Part shown: positions 1 through 9,577 of the stretch, in pieces
How positions within the stretch are numbered: the stretch's first letter is position 1
How the letters are laid out: each line of letters starts with the position of its first letter
DNA from: Deltaproteobacteria bacterium
Lineage (GTDB): Bacteria > Myxococcota_A > Polyangia > JAAYKL01
Assembly: GCA_016935665.1 (NCBI GenBank)
Contig: JAFGQN010000073.1
Location: forward strand, 21,943 to 85,942
Reading direction: 5' to 3'
Length of the DNA stretch: 64,000 nucleotides
Position numbers and translations under genes: made by a program
Notes under the pieces: generated by a model
Databases searched by the model: none
Told to the model about the DNA's origin: nothing
The model's input: the letters and a program-made list of their open reading frames with translations, nothing else

Positions 1-1323
1 TTTGTCCAGAATGCCAATGACTTCCCAGGTGACCTGCTCTGCCTGAGAGTATTTACCGGCATCCTTGTCCTGATCTGAGATGCGCATGGGCAGACTGTCA
101 ATGATGGTATCGATGTTATGCACCAGAAATTCCAGGTTGAACAGTCCAGTGGCACAGTTGAACAGAATGCGGTGTCCTTCGGCTTCTTTTTTTAGAACGT
201 CATCTTTGGAGATGGCAACTCCAATATCTGCACAATGCAGTCTATCGTTATCATCAACTACGAGCACGCCACCTTTCACATCTACCGGCGTTCGGAAAGA
301 AAAGTCAAAACCCGCGTCCTTTCCTTTCAACGCCATCAACGCAATAGAGACCGGATTGACAGTTGCCCCGAGGTTGTCGACATTTCCAATGTACACAAAA
401 CGTTTTCCCTGACTATACAACTGCCAGAATATATTTTTTAGAACAACAAAACTCTGACCGTGTCCACCAGGCATTGGCAGGGGTGTATCCGGCTTTCCGC
501 CGGCATTGGCAAAAATTCTTTTTGGGCTCCCCTCACAACTATGGGTGAGCGCAGCCAGCATGGGCTGAATACTGGAGGGCATATCGGTAATGTCCAGACC
601 TGTTTCCGCCATCAAATCAGTTAGCACTTCGCTGAATTTATACTTGCGATATGCTTCGGCCAGCTGGTCGTTGGTATGTACACTGGTCATCTGATACATC
701 GGAAACAGCGTTTTGCTGGACTTCATGCCATTAAGCATTTGCGATTTCAGCGCTTCAATTAAAACACCCCGCATTTTCAATTCCAGGAACGAGGGACCGT
801 GACTGCCGTCCATATTTATAAATGCTGGGGTTAGCCCTTTCGGTTGACCTTTGGATACCTTCGCCATGGACTCGAACTGCGCTTCGCAAATCTTAAAAAG
901 TGATTCGTTAAAGCTGACATTTTTACTCTTGTCCACGTAGCTGCTGGCGGAACCACCGTTGAGTACACCATAGGCAACAACATCGTAGAGTAATATCCCG
1001 ATACGCTCCAATGCGGCATTGTTAAATGTAATCTGGTCACCATCCAGGGTGCCTAGAGAATTGATATCGATAACGACACCGAGCCTGTCAATGGCGTGTT
1101 GTGCTTCACTCGCAAACATGGAAACAGATACATCCCCGGTAATGTCAATAATTCTTTTACCTTGTATTTTGGGAAAGTCTTTTGCGACAATGGGCACAAA
1201 GTGGTCGTATTTTCCAGTATTACACTTGTCGAGGATATTCTGTGTTAATTCAACATCAATGCCCATGGTTTTCATTTTTTCTATGAACGCAGGACTCAAA
1301 TTTTTGGTATCGGATTTTGGCAT
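1..1323 (-). CDS. UTP--glucose-1-phosphate uridylyltransferase, UDPGP (eukaryote-type) family; 3' end outside the window
   Basis: Not in the ORF track because there is no stop in the window. Manual translation from ATG 1323 (AGGA RBS) is open to base 1: MPKSDTKNLS...GVLNGGSASSY...PMPGGHGQ...IGNVDNLG...DVKGG. These are the UDPGP-family motifs. Confidence 0.8.
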   Translation of the reverse strand, partial: MPKSDTKNLSPAFIEKMKTMGIDVELTQNILDKCNTGKYDHFVPIVAKDFPKIQGKRIIDITGDVSVSMFASEAQHAIDRLGVVIDINSLGTLDGDQITFNNAALERIGILLYDVVAYGVLNGGSASSYVDKSKNVSFNESLFKICEAQFESMAKVSKGQPKGLTPAFINMDGSHGPSFLELKMRGVLIEALKSQMLNGMKSSKTLFPMYQMTSVHTNDQLAEAYRKYKFSEVLTDLMAETGLDITDMPSSIQPMLAALTHSCEGSPKRIFANAGGKPDTPLPMPGGHGQSFVVLKNIFWQLYSQGKRFVYIGNVDNLGATVNPVSIALMALKGKDAGFDFSFRTPVDVKGGVLVVDDNDRLHCADIGVAISKDDVLKKEAEGHRILFNCATGLFNLEFLVHNIDTIIDSLPMRISDQDKDAGKYSQAEQVTWEVIGILDK

Positions 1324-1579
1324 TTGGGTGATTCCTGTTTTTTTTATAATTCTGACAGTTCTGATAACTTGAAAAATTTGTTCATTTTTATCAGGCTTAG
1401 GGCGTTTTTGTCATAAAGTTCGACTACTCGTCAATATTTGAATGAAGACATTCAGTGGGTTTCGAATGCATTCGCGCAAATCATGCCTCCGATTGTCAGA
1501 TAATGCACAGCTACTTCAGACCCTTGCCCGGATTTCTGTAAATCAGTATGGCGCCGTTGTTTTGTCGATTATGGACAAG

Positions 1580-1972
1580 CTATAGTTCGCGCACTTCAAC
1601 TTCTTCACTATCCGGCCCCTCAATAAATGCAATTCTCTTCTGTGCGGCATCACCGGAGGGGGGAATGAATGGCTCTTTTATCACCCTGATTCTAAACTCG
1701 TAACAGCGGCGAATAAACATGTCAAGGTCGTCGACGGTAAACGCAATATGATGAGGTCCAACTCCGTTCATTTCATTTGGGGTGGGTGTATCGCTGGACT
1801 TGACTGTATACAGTTCGATGATTGCAGACTCGGCGTCAATGAGACACAGCAGTCGTTCCTTGTATTGGTACGGTTTTTTGATCAATTTGAGTTCAAACAG
1901 TTCAGTATAAAAACGCAGCGCCTTCTCGAAATTGTCGGTTTGACAAGCAACGTGATGTAATTTTGTGGTCAT
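1580..1972 (-). CDS. VOC family (glyoxalase/epimerase-like) metalloenzyme
   Basis: LHHVA...FYTELF...IELY...PHHIAFTVDDLD...FIEGPDSEEVE; the H/E/H/E metal ligands are present. Confidence 0.85.
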   Translation of the reverse strand: MTTKLHHVACQTDNFEKALRFYTELFELKLIKKPYQYKERLLCLIDAESAIIELYTVKSSDTPTPNEMNGVGPHHIAFTVDDLDMFIRRCYEFRIRVIKEPFIPPSGDAAQKRIAFIEGPDSEEVEVREL

Positions 1973-1996
1973 TGTATCCCTTAAAACCCCTTTAAA

Positions 1997-2506
1997 CTAT
2001 TGTGTTCGGGAAGTTGAAACCCGACGTTTTGCTTCAAGCAGTCTATCGCATTCATCCACAAATGATTCTATAGCCTTACGAATACGTTTTTCATCGCCAT
2101 CATCACTATTGTCGGAATTTTGTAAAAGAATTTTGGCGTCATCTCTTACACATTCTACATCCCGTTCTTCGACGAGCTGGCACTTGTGAACTTCTTCTTT
2201 GGCAGCATCGGGTATGTTTTCAATGGGATAACTATTATCAGCTACAGCCATTTTAAATTTGCGTAACATGCTGTTCAGTCGTTTAGTTTGAAGAAGTTTG
2301 TCGCATTCATCCACAAATGAATCGATGGCTTTGGAAATGTGGTGTTTTCGTCCATTACCGCCACAGTTGGAATTTTGCAAAAGAATTCTGGCATCATCTC
2401 GCACACATTCCACATCTCTGTCTCCCACAAGCTGGCACTTATACACTTCTTCCTTTTTCGCATCGGGTATATCGTCGACAACATATCCATCATCTGCGAT
2501 AGCCAT
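1997..2506 (-). repeat. Tandem 255-bp (85-codon) duplication at the C-terminus of the TIR-radical SAM protein
   Basis: MAIADDGY..IPDAKKEEVYKCQLVGDRDVECVRDDARILLQNS..KAIDSFVDECDKLL (2252-2506) versus MAVADNSY..IPDAAKEEVHKCQLVEERDVECVRDDAKILLQNS..KAIESFVDECDRLL (1997-2251). Confidence 0.95.
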
Positions 2507-5089
2507 TGTATACTCGCATAAAAGGCTATTCAGGTATTCCTGATCGGAAAGCAGCCCCCGCTCTGAAAAGCTGGCTCTTGCCTGAATTAAATACATTTTT
2601 GCCTGGTCTGTCATTCCCATTGTCACTTGCAAAATTGAAATTCTGATAAGGCTTGCATAGAAACTTGGATTCAAAACTACAGAGAGTTCCAGTTTGCTAT
2701 ATGCCTGCAACGCAAAGACCGCATCTTTGTTTCGAAAATAGTCCCTCAGGATGGCGTACCCGTCACTGAAAAGCGCGTGGTACCGCAGCTTCGTATCATG
2801 TTGTATTGCGTGTTTTTCAGCCTTCAGAAATATTTTCTGGCGCTTGTCACTATCTGCTGGATTCGAACGATAGCTGGCGCCCAAACTTCTTTCAGATTCA
2901 ACGAGTAATTCTGGATATAGCCACTTAAAATTTGTTAATCCTGACAGTTTTCCTTCAATTCCCATAAGTGCCCGATGCTCAGCGTTCGATAAATGTTTCC
3001 GCGCTTTACCTTCCTTGCCTTTCTGTCTCCATAAACAACCCAAAATATATTCTTTTTGAGGACATTCTTTTTCGTTGGTTCGTTTGAGTGAATCCAATAA
3101 TAGCAGAACATCGTTTTCGTCAGTATTCTCCATGGATATTGCGCCCAAACAAAACATTGCATCAGAGTACGTGGCTTGCGATACAAGCTCGTCTTTGACG
3201 ATACATCGTAAAAGTTCCGTTACAATTCCCTGCGAAAGAATGGTTCTTGCCGATGAAAAAAGGGATTCATCGACGCTCAAATATTCAAGTAGCAGCAGGC
3301 TAATCAGGAGCTCGTCCCTGTATCTATCGTCCATGTGATCCTGCATCAGAAACACAAAAAAATATGCAGATTGAAGTAGCTTGGAACAAAGTTCTATCGT
3401 GTAGGAAATTTTTTCTTTGGAACACGCGCGCTCTCGAAAAAGTTGCTCATATTTACTGTCAGGTTGAATGACCTCTGCAGCAGTTCTGATAAGTTGGGTC
3501 AAATCGTAGGGAGTCTGTTGAACATTGGAAATTCGATCCCTCAAATCAGTAAGCTGTTTGGGAGTTAACTTGTTATTTGCTATACGAGCGAGTGGTGGCA
3601 AATGAGTGTAAAAACAAACAATGCCATACTTTCTTCGAATCGCAGAAGAAATGCCAATTAGCGGAGAGGATTCGTTGAAATGTGTATAGGAATAACGAGG
3701 TTTAAACGTATCCGGATTCCATCCTGAACACACACGCACCCGCCCATCTGCCGAAATACATATATCCTTTTCAACTGCGCAATACAAACAACGGGAAATA
3801 ATCTCATTGTCCATGTCACAATTAACTTTAACAAATTCGATTTTCAATCTTGTATGACGACGGACAAAGGACATTTTACGTTCGCCAGGAAGGGGGGAGA
3901 TATGGGGTTGATTATAGAGCCGGGCTTTGTTCCCGCTCACACAGGTTTTCGCAACATTAAAAATAGGAAATTTTTTTATTCGGCTGGAATTTCCTTCTCT
4001 CCGCAGAGTTTCGTCAGTATTCATATTAAATGGTTCAATAAACGCAATGCCAATAATTCTTTCGCCCAGGTATCCATGATATTTATCTTCTACCTCATCA
4101 ATCACGCGCTCGATTTCTGATACCCAATCATTAAAATTATCAGTATTGAGCTCAAGTACATGATTGAAACGTACTTTTATGTTTGTTTTTTTTAACAGCT
4201 GAGCAATCCCGTTTTCCACAGAATCAACATCCCACTGCTGCAGCGCCCCGGAATTATCCTGTCGTCTTGGGTATGAAACGCGAATAGATCCAATGTTGCT
4301 ATTATTGAGGTCCTCAATTCTTTGCTCTAAATGTATGCCGTTGGTAACTAAAAAACTGTTCTTCGGACAGGTCGCGAGTATTTGTTTAAGCGGGGCTGAG
4401 TTGTTCAATGGCTCTCCACCCGTAATTGTATACTCAAGTTTTGGCCCAGGATAAATCGGAGATTGAAGCGCACTTTTTTGAATATTTTCAAGGAGTTTTG
4501 ACAGTTTCTCCGGACGCGCCGCTATCCTGCGATCAAATTCGTCACCGTGACACCATGGACATTGAGGTACGCGATCACAGGCTGGGGTAATTTGAATACG
4601 TATACGTCGTTCAGAATCATTCGAAGACCGGTCTATCCTATGTTGCTGTATTTGTTGTCTGTACAATCCATAGTCAGATTCAATTTGATTACTAAGTTGT
4701 TTTAAATCGTCTTTTATATTGCGAGGGTCACATTCGTTGTCCCGAATATACTTTTTTGTCATAATGCCGAACGGCAAATCCTCAATCTTCAAATCTCCAA
4801 GAATTAGAGGAATGACATCCATTTGGCCTCTTAGCTGTCTTGACAAAACTTCCATCAATTCCATGTGGGCCCATGAATCATTTTTGATGTAGAAATTTGA
4901 TATAACCAAAATCGTTGAGGAACAGCTTTTTGTTGCATGGTCCATATAGTTGAAAAAGTTGGCGCCATATGGAAATTTAAAATCAATCCGTGGAGTAAGG
5001 CCAACATTTGTCATTTCTTCTGCGAGTTTTTTCACGTATTCCGTATCACGATGATCGTAACTGATGAAAGTTTCGGAAAGCTTTCTCAT
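1997..5089 (-). CDS. TIR domain - radical SAM (MoaA-like) - helical/TPR-like fusion protein
   Basis: Start moved to ATG 5089 (CAGGAG RBS). N-terminal FISYDHRD...SWAHMEL...VIPLIL is TIR_2-like. It is followed by ITPACDRVPQCPWCH, ITGGEPL, LVTNG, IRVS and CLYC...ISADGRVRVC. The C-terminal half is helical. Confidence 0.8.
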   Translation of the reverse strand: MRKLSETFISYDHRDTEYVKKLAEEMTNVGLTPRIDFKFPYGANFFNYMDHATKSCSSTILVISNFYIKNDSWAHMELMEVLSRQLRGQMDVIPLILGDLKIEDLPFGIMTKKYIRDNECDPRNIKDDLKQLSNQIESDYGLYRQQIQQHRIDRSSNDSERRIRIQITPACDRVPQCPWCHGDEFDRRIAARPEKLSKLLENIQKSALQSPIYPGPKLEYTITGGEPLNNSAPLKQILATCPKNSFLVTNGIHLEQRIEDLNNSNIGSIRVSYPRRQDNSGALQQWDVDSVENGIAQLLKKTNIKVRFNHVLELNTDNFNDWVSEIERVIDEVEDKYHGYLGERIIGIAFIEPFNMNTDETLRREGNSSRIKKFPIFNVAKTCVSGNKARLYNQPHISPLPGERKMSFVRRHTRLKIEFVKVNCDMDNEIISRCLYCAVEKDICISADGRVRVCSGWNPDTFKPRYSYTHFNESSPLIGISSAIRRKYGIVCFYTHLPPLARIANNKLTPKQLTDLRDRISNVQQTPYDLTQLIRTAAEVIQPDSKYEQLFRERACSKEKISYTIELCSKLLQSAYFFVFLMQDHMDDRYRDELLISLLLLEYLSVDESLFSSARTILSQGIVTELLRCIVKDELVSQATYSDAMFCLGAISMENTDENDVLLLLDSLKRTNEKECPQKEYILGCLWRQKGKEGKARKHLSNAEHRALMGIEGKLSGLTNFKWLYPELLVESERSLGASYRSNPADSDKRQKIFLKAEKHAIQHDTKLRYHALFSDGYAILRDYFRNKDAVFALQAYSKLELSVVLNPSFYASLIRISILQVTMGMTDQAKMYLIQARASFSERGLLSDQEYLNSLLCEYTMAIADDGYVVDDIPDAKKEEVYKCQLVGDRDVECVRDDARILLQNSNCGGNGRKHHISKAIDSFVDECDKLLQTKRLNSMLRKFKMAVADNSYPIENIPDAAKEEVHKCQLVEERDVECVRDDAKILLQNSDNSDDGDEKRIRKAIESFVDECDRLLEAKRRVSTSRTQ

Positions 5090-5399
5090 TTTTTTCTCCT
5101 GTAGTCGAAACACATGCGAATGACGATTTTGTCGTTTTTTGAACCTTTTTTGTAGCGACAATTTCAGCAGAAATCAAGGTTTTTCCGGTTTCGGGCGAAT
5201 CCGGTACCATTGATATATCGCTGTGCAATCGTTACAATAAAAATCCTTTTTGTTGGTGTGTCGGCGTGGTCTGGTATTTTTATCGGAATGGTCGGTGAGT
5301 CGTCGGTAACGAAAATTTTTGTGATAGAAGAGAGAGGCGCTTTATTGCGATGAGTAAAAGAAATTTTTTACAATATTTTTAGTCGGATTTCGTGAATTT

Positions 5400-6467
5400 T
5401 TACTTAATCAAAATAACGCCGGCATTCGCGGCGCCGTACAAAGATATTGAATAATCCTTGATGATGTATACCGGTGTTTTCTTGAGCAGCGCGGTGTTGT
5501 TGGGTTTGTAATTCATTTCGAAATAGTTCATGAAAAGGTTGTTTTCCACGAGGTATTTTTCGTTTTTGGTCACAATTCCACCCGCCAGGTACATTCCACC
5601 GGCGCACATGAATACCAGCGACATGGATCCGGCGAATTTGCCGTACGCCTTTACAAACAGTTCCATGGCCTGTCTGCATACATCGTTGCCGTCGGCGTTT
5701 TTGGCCACCATGGCGGGTTTGTCGGCATTGTCGAGTTTGGCGATTTCCTGGCAGACGTCGTCTTTGCCAAGGCCTTTTTCTTCCAGCAGATAGTTGAAGA
5801 TATTGGCAATACCCTGGCCGGATACAAACGGTTCGGTCCCTGGCGCGATGCCCAGTTTTTTGGTCAGCCATGCGGTCAGTGCCACACTGTCATCATCAAA
5901 CGGCGCGAAGCCGGAGTGACCGCCTTCGGACGGGCATGCGGTGTAAACGCCATTGGATTCGGTCAGGAAGCCAACGCCCAGACCTGTGCCGGCGCCCACA
6001 ACGGCTTTGGTGGTGCCGGTTTGGGGCGGAAGTTCGCCGTCGGTGTTTTTAAGCTGCGTGATTTGCTCGGGATTGGAAACGTCCAGAGTGGGAATGCCGT
6101 ATCCAATGGCCAGAAAGTCGTTGATAACCAGTGTCTTTAATCCGGTTTTGGCTTCGATGGCCGCGCCGTCCACGTTCCAGTTGCAGTTGGTCAGTACGCA
6201 TACATTGTTGATTACCGGACCCGCCGCACTGATGCAGCAGATAGACGGTTTCAGCTTGTCGGATTTTTCCACCGCAGTTTGAATGGTCTGCAAAACGGGC
6301 CCAACCAGCTCCGTTACTTCGGAAGATTTGAAAATACATTCAACGATAATACTGTACTTTCCATCCTTTTTACCCACAACCGCCAGATTGGTATTGGTGC
6401 CACCCACATCGCCGGCAAGAATCAACATGTCCTGATCAAAATCTTCGCTCAACCATTTTACTTCCAT
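5400..6467 (-). CDS. glk: Glucokinase
   Basis: LAGDVGGTNT, INDF, GAGTGLG, SEGGH and LAGGI motifs; AGGAGG RBS before ATG 6467. Confidence 0.93.
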   Translation of the reverse strand: MEVKWLSEDFDQDMLILAGDVGGTNTNLAVVGKKDGKYSIIVECIFKSSEVTELVGPVLQTIQTAVEKSDKLKPSICCISAAGPVINNVCVLTNCNWNVDGAAIEAKTGLKTLVINDFLAIGYGIPTLDVSNPEQITQLKNTDGELPPQTGTTKAVVGAGTGLGVGFLTESNGVYTACPSEGGHSGFAPFDDDSVALTAWLTKKLGIAPGTEPFVSGQGIANIFNYLLEEKGLGKDDVCQEIAKLDNADKPAMVAKNADGNDVCRQAMELFVKAYGKFAGSMSLVFMCAGGMYLAGGIVTKNEKYLVENNLFMNYFEMNYKPNNTALLKKTPVYIIKDYSISLYGAANAGVILIK

Positions 6468-6727
6468 CGCGGATCCTCCTGAATCAATAACAATCCCCGA
6501 AGTAAATCGGAGATCGGTTAAGTTTGTTTGGGTTTTTATTCCAATTGAATGAAACACACAATTGAAAATTGCTTTTTTAACGCGTTGTTTCAGGGCTCAT
6601 ATAGCGACAGGATGCGCGGGATGGTTTGTTGACATTGGTATACAATGACTTACACTATCTGTCGTTGGCCGAGGAATCGGCAACCAACGCTGAAATCTTT
6701 GTAACCAGACAATAATGGGGGGCCGTT

Positions 6728-8038
6728 ATGGCAAAGAGTTTGTTCCGTATTTTTTTTATTTTTCTAAGCATTGCGATGGTCAGTTCCAGTGTCATGGCTC
6801 AGGATGAAGCGCCAACCCCCGAGCTTCTCCCGGAAATTTCGGACAATATTGTGGATTACCAACGCCCTGGATGGCATCCTCGGCTGAAATTCAATGGCAA
6901 TTTCCAACTGGGGCAATCCAAAGACGTTCCGGGCAATACCGATGGGGTGACGCTTCAGGTGGGGTCGCTCCTCCATGCCACGGCAGATTATCTGAGTCCA
7001 GACCAAAACCACGAATGGACCAACATGCTCCACTGGGATTTGGGATACTCGCGAACCCCGGTGGTGGATGAGTGGATTAAAAGCATGGACAGGCTGGAAT
7101 TTGAAACAGCGTACCTGTACCATTTTTCGGCGGTGCGCTGGATGGGGCCCATGTATCGCTTAAGAATGGGGACATCCCTGTTGCCGGCCTACGAAGTGCG
7201 CTCCTTTGCGACCGCCGTGGTAAAACTGGATGATAACGATGTGCCCCACGGCCTGCGTAATTATGCTGAGGGAACGCGTATTCCTCTGACCGATGCGTTT
7301 GCGCCACTCACATTGCGCCAGATGCTGGGACTTTTTGCCCGCCCGGTTTCTAAAACCGCCTTTAGACTGGATTCCAATCTGGGGCTCGGGATGTGGAAAA
7401 CCTGGACGCGGGGCGGCTATGTGCTGGATGACATTGAAGATACCGACGCATTGGAATTGAGACGTATCGACAATCCGTTTCAGATGGGGGCGGAGGCCGA
7501 AGTTAAAATCAGTGGAGAGTTAAAGGAAAATCTGGTGTCCTACGCCGCCGGTGGGATGTTGATGTATCCGTTTTATTCCGACAAGGACGATACCACTGAT
7601 TTGAGTGGCGCCGAAAAAATGAACCGGGAGTTGTTCGTAACTCTTGGGGTCAATGTTACTGAATATTTAAGCATTAACTATACGTTCAAGGCCATGAAAT
7701 ACCCGCTCATAATTGACAAGGTACAGATTCAAAACAGTCTGCTTCTCTCGGTGGGATTTGATTTGATTGGCAATCCGCCGCCTGTTCCACCCGATGCGCC
7801 GTGTGATTGCGCAGATGCCATAAATGCAGCCAAAACAGACTGGGAAGCAGCAAAGGCCAATGCAAAGAAGCAGGAGATGGCGGACGAATTCAATTCGGTT
7901 GCTGAATCCGAAACTGTTTTGCCTCAAAGTGAAGCGGTTGAAGCCCCTGTTGCGGGCGAATCCGCTGCACCCGGCGCTGATGTTGCCTCGGATAATGCCG
8001 TCGACAGCGCGGCCGATGGTGAAATGACGGAAAAATAG
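6728..8038 (+). CDS. Secreted/outer-membrane beta-barrel-like protein (possibly DUF3078-like) with an acidic Ala-rich tail
   Basis: Signal peptide; alternating beta-strand pattern; WIKSMDRLEFETAYLY; barrel-like ending LLLSVGFDL. Confidence 0.5.
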   Translation: MAKSLFRIFFIFLSIAMVSSSVMAQDEAPTPELLPEISDNIVDYQRPGWHPRLKFNGNFQLGQSKDVPGNTDGVTLQVGSLLHATADYLSPDQNHEWTNMLHWDLGYSRTPVVDEWIKSMDRLEFETAYLYHFSAVRWMGPMYRLRMGTSLLPAYEVRSFATAVVKLDDNDVPHGLRNYAEGTRIPLTDAFAPLTLRQMLGLFARPVSKTAFRLDSNLGLGMWKTWTRGGYVLDDIEDTDALELRRIDNPFQMGAEAEVKISGELKENLVSYAAGGMLMYPFYSDKDDTTDLSGAEKMNRELFVTLGVNVTEYLSINYTFKAMKYPLIIDKVQIQNSLLLSVGFDLIGNPPPVPPDAPCDCADAINAAKTDWEAAKANAKKQEMADEFNSVAESETVLPQSEAVEAPVAGESAAPGADVASDNAVDSAADGEMTEK

Positions 8039-8134
8039 CCCCGGTCGGACGGCGACGAAATCTCCATTTCCCGTTTGAATTGCACGCCCTTTAATTGTAC
8101 AACCGCCTCACAGAATTGACCCATGGAGGCCCCT

Positions 8135-9577
8135 ATGTCAGATATTGCAACCATAATTCTTGCCGCCGGTAAAGGCACTCGTATGAAATCCGAGCGCGCG
8201 AAAGTGCTTCAGGAGGTCTGCGGTCTGCCATTGGTGGCGTATCCGCTGGGATTGGCCGCAACGCTGCGAAGCAAATCCACCGTGGTGGTGGTGGGCCATC
8301 AGCGCGAAGCGGTGGAACAGACGGTAAACCGTTTCAAAGGTAAACAATCAGTGGAATTTGCGCACCAGCGGGAGCAACTGGGTACGGGCCATGCCGTGAT
8401 GACGGGAATGAAGCCGCTAAAAAGCCACGAGGGTCCCGTCTTTATTTTGTCCGGAGACGTGCCGCTGCTGCGAAAGCGCACGTTAAACCAACTGAAAAAA
8501 GCATACGAAAAAAAAGGGGGTCCCCTCGCTTTTGTGACGTTTACAACCCCCGAACCGGGTGGATACGGACGGGTGATTCGTTCCGAAAACAACAGCCCGG
8601 TGGCCATTCGTGAATTTCGGGACTGCAGTGAATCAGAGAAGAAGATCTGCGAAGTCAATGCAGGGATATATTTGATTGATGCGGGGTTTTTACGCCGTGC
8701 CACCCGTAATCTGAAGAGTGACAACGCGCAGGGAGAGTTTTACCTGACGGATTTGATTGAAATGGCCGCCGCCACCCACGATGTGGCCACGGTGGATGCG
8801 CCGATGGCTGAAGTGAGTGGTGCCAACGACCGTTTTGACCTGGTGATGGTGGAACACACGTTGCGTCAGGAGATTCGTTCAAAATGGCTGGCCGCGGGGG
8901 TATCGATTCAGTCGCCGGAGACGGTTCACATCGACACGGACTGCAAAATTGGTTCGGATACCTGGATTGGCGCTGCCGCGCATCTTCAGGGGAGCACAAC
9001 CGTGGGCAAAGGCTGCATCATTGAGCCGGGGGCCATTATCCGTGATTCGCAGATTGCCGATAATGTGGTGATTAAGGCATACTCGGTGCTGGAAAATGCA
9101 AAGGTGGACAGCGACGCCACGGTGGGGCCCATGGGACGGTTGCGTCCGGGGTCGCATCTGAAAAAAGGCGCCCATGTGGGCAATTGGGTGGAACTGAAAA
9201 ATACCGTCCTCGGGGAAGGCTCCAAGGCCAATCATCTGACCTATCTGGGAGATGGGGAAATCGGTAAAGGTGTCAACATTGGTGCGGGGTGTATCTTTTG
9301 TAATTACGATGGATTTTTGAAACACAAAACCATCATTGAAGACAACGTGTTTGTGGGTTCGGATTCTCAAATGGTGGCGCCGGTGATCATTCGCAAAGGC
9401 GCCTATGTGGCGACCGGAACCACTGTCACCGGCGAGGTGCCCGCCAATGCCATGGCCATTTCACGGGGGCGTCAAATCAATCGAAACGGCCTGGCGCTGA
9501 AAATCAGAAAGCGTTTGAAAGAGGCTAAAAAAGAGCTTCAAAAGAAGCGTGGAACAGAGAGCGGTACAAAAAAATGA
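8135..9577 (+). CDS. glmU: Bifunctional UDP-GlcNAc pyrophosphorylase / glucosamine-1-phosphate acetyltransferase
   Basis: ILAAGKGTRMKS, QLGTGHAV, GEFYLTD, hexapeptide repeats, HLTYLGD, NYDG; GGAGG RBS before ATG 8135. Confidence 0.97.
   Translation: MSDIATIILAAGKGTRMKSERAKVLQEVCGLPLVAYPLGLAATLRSKSTVVVVGHQREAVEQTVNRFKGKQSVEFAHQREQLGTGHAVMTGMKPLKSHEGPVFILSGDVPLLRKRTLNQLKKAYEKKGGPLAFVTFTTPEPGGYGRVIRSENNSPVAIREFRDCSESEKKICEVNAGIYLIDAGFLRRATRNLKSDNAQGEFYLTDLIEMAAATHDVATVDAPMAEVSGANDRFDLVMVEHTLRQEIRSKWLAAGVSIQSPETVHIDTDCKIGSDTWIGAAAHLQGSTTVGKGCIIEPGAIIRDSQIADNVVIKAYSVLENAKVDSDATVGPMGRLRPGSHLKKGAHVGNWVELKNTVLGEGSKANHLTYLGDGEIGKGVNIGAGCIFCNYDGFLKHKTIIEDNVFVGSDSQMVAPVIIRKGAYVATGTTVTGEVPANAMAISRGRQINRNGLALKIRKRLKEAKKELQKKRGTESGTKK

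Noticed and set aside
1997..5089. Calling the TIR fusion a housekeeping MoaA linked to the Mo island
   Set aside because: It is about 44 kb away from the island, has an atypical Cys spacing and extra TIR and helical domains, has no moaC neighbour, and has no ModE-like box.
5090..5161. N-terminal extensions in the ORF track (also for glk, HD-GYP, the ABC binding protein, the kinase and others)
   Set aside because: Downstream ATGs have clear RBSs or coupling to upstream stops and coincide with domain starts.
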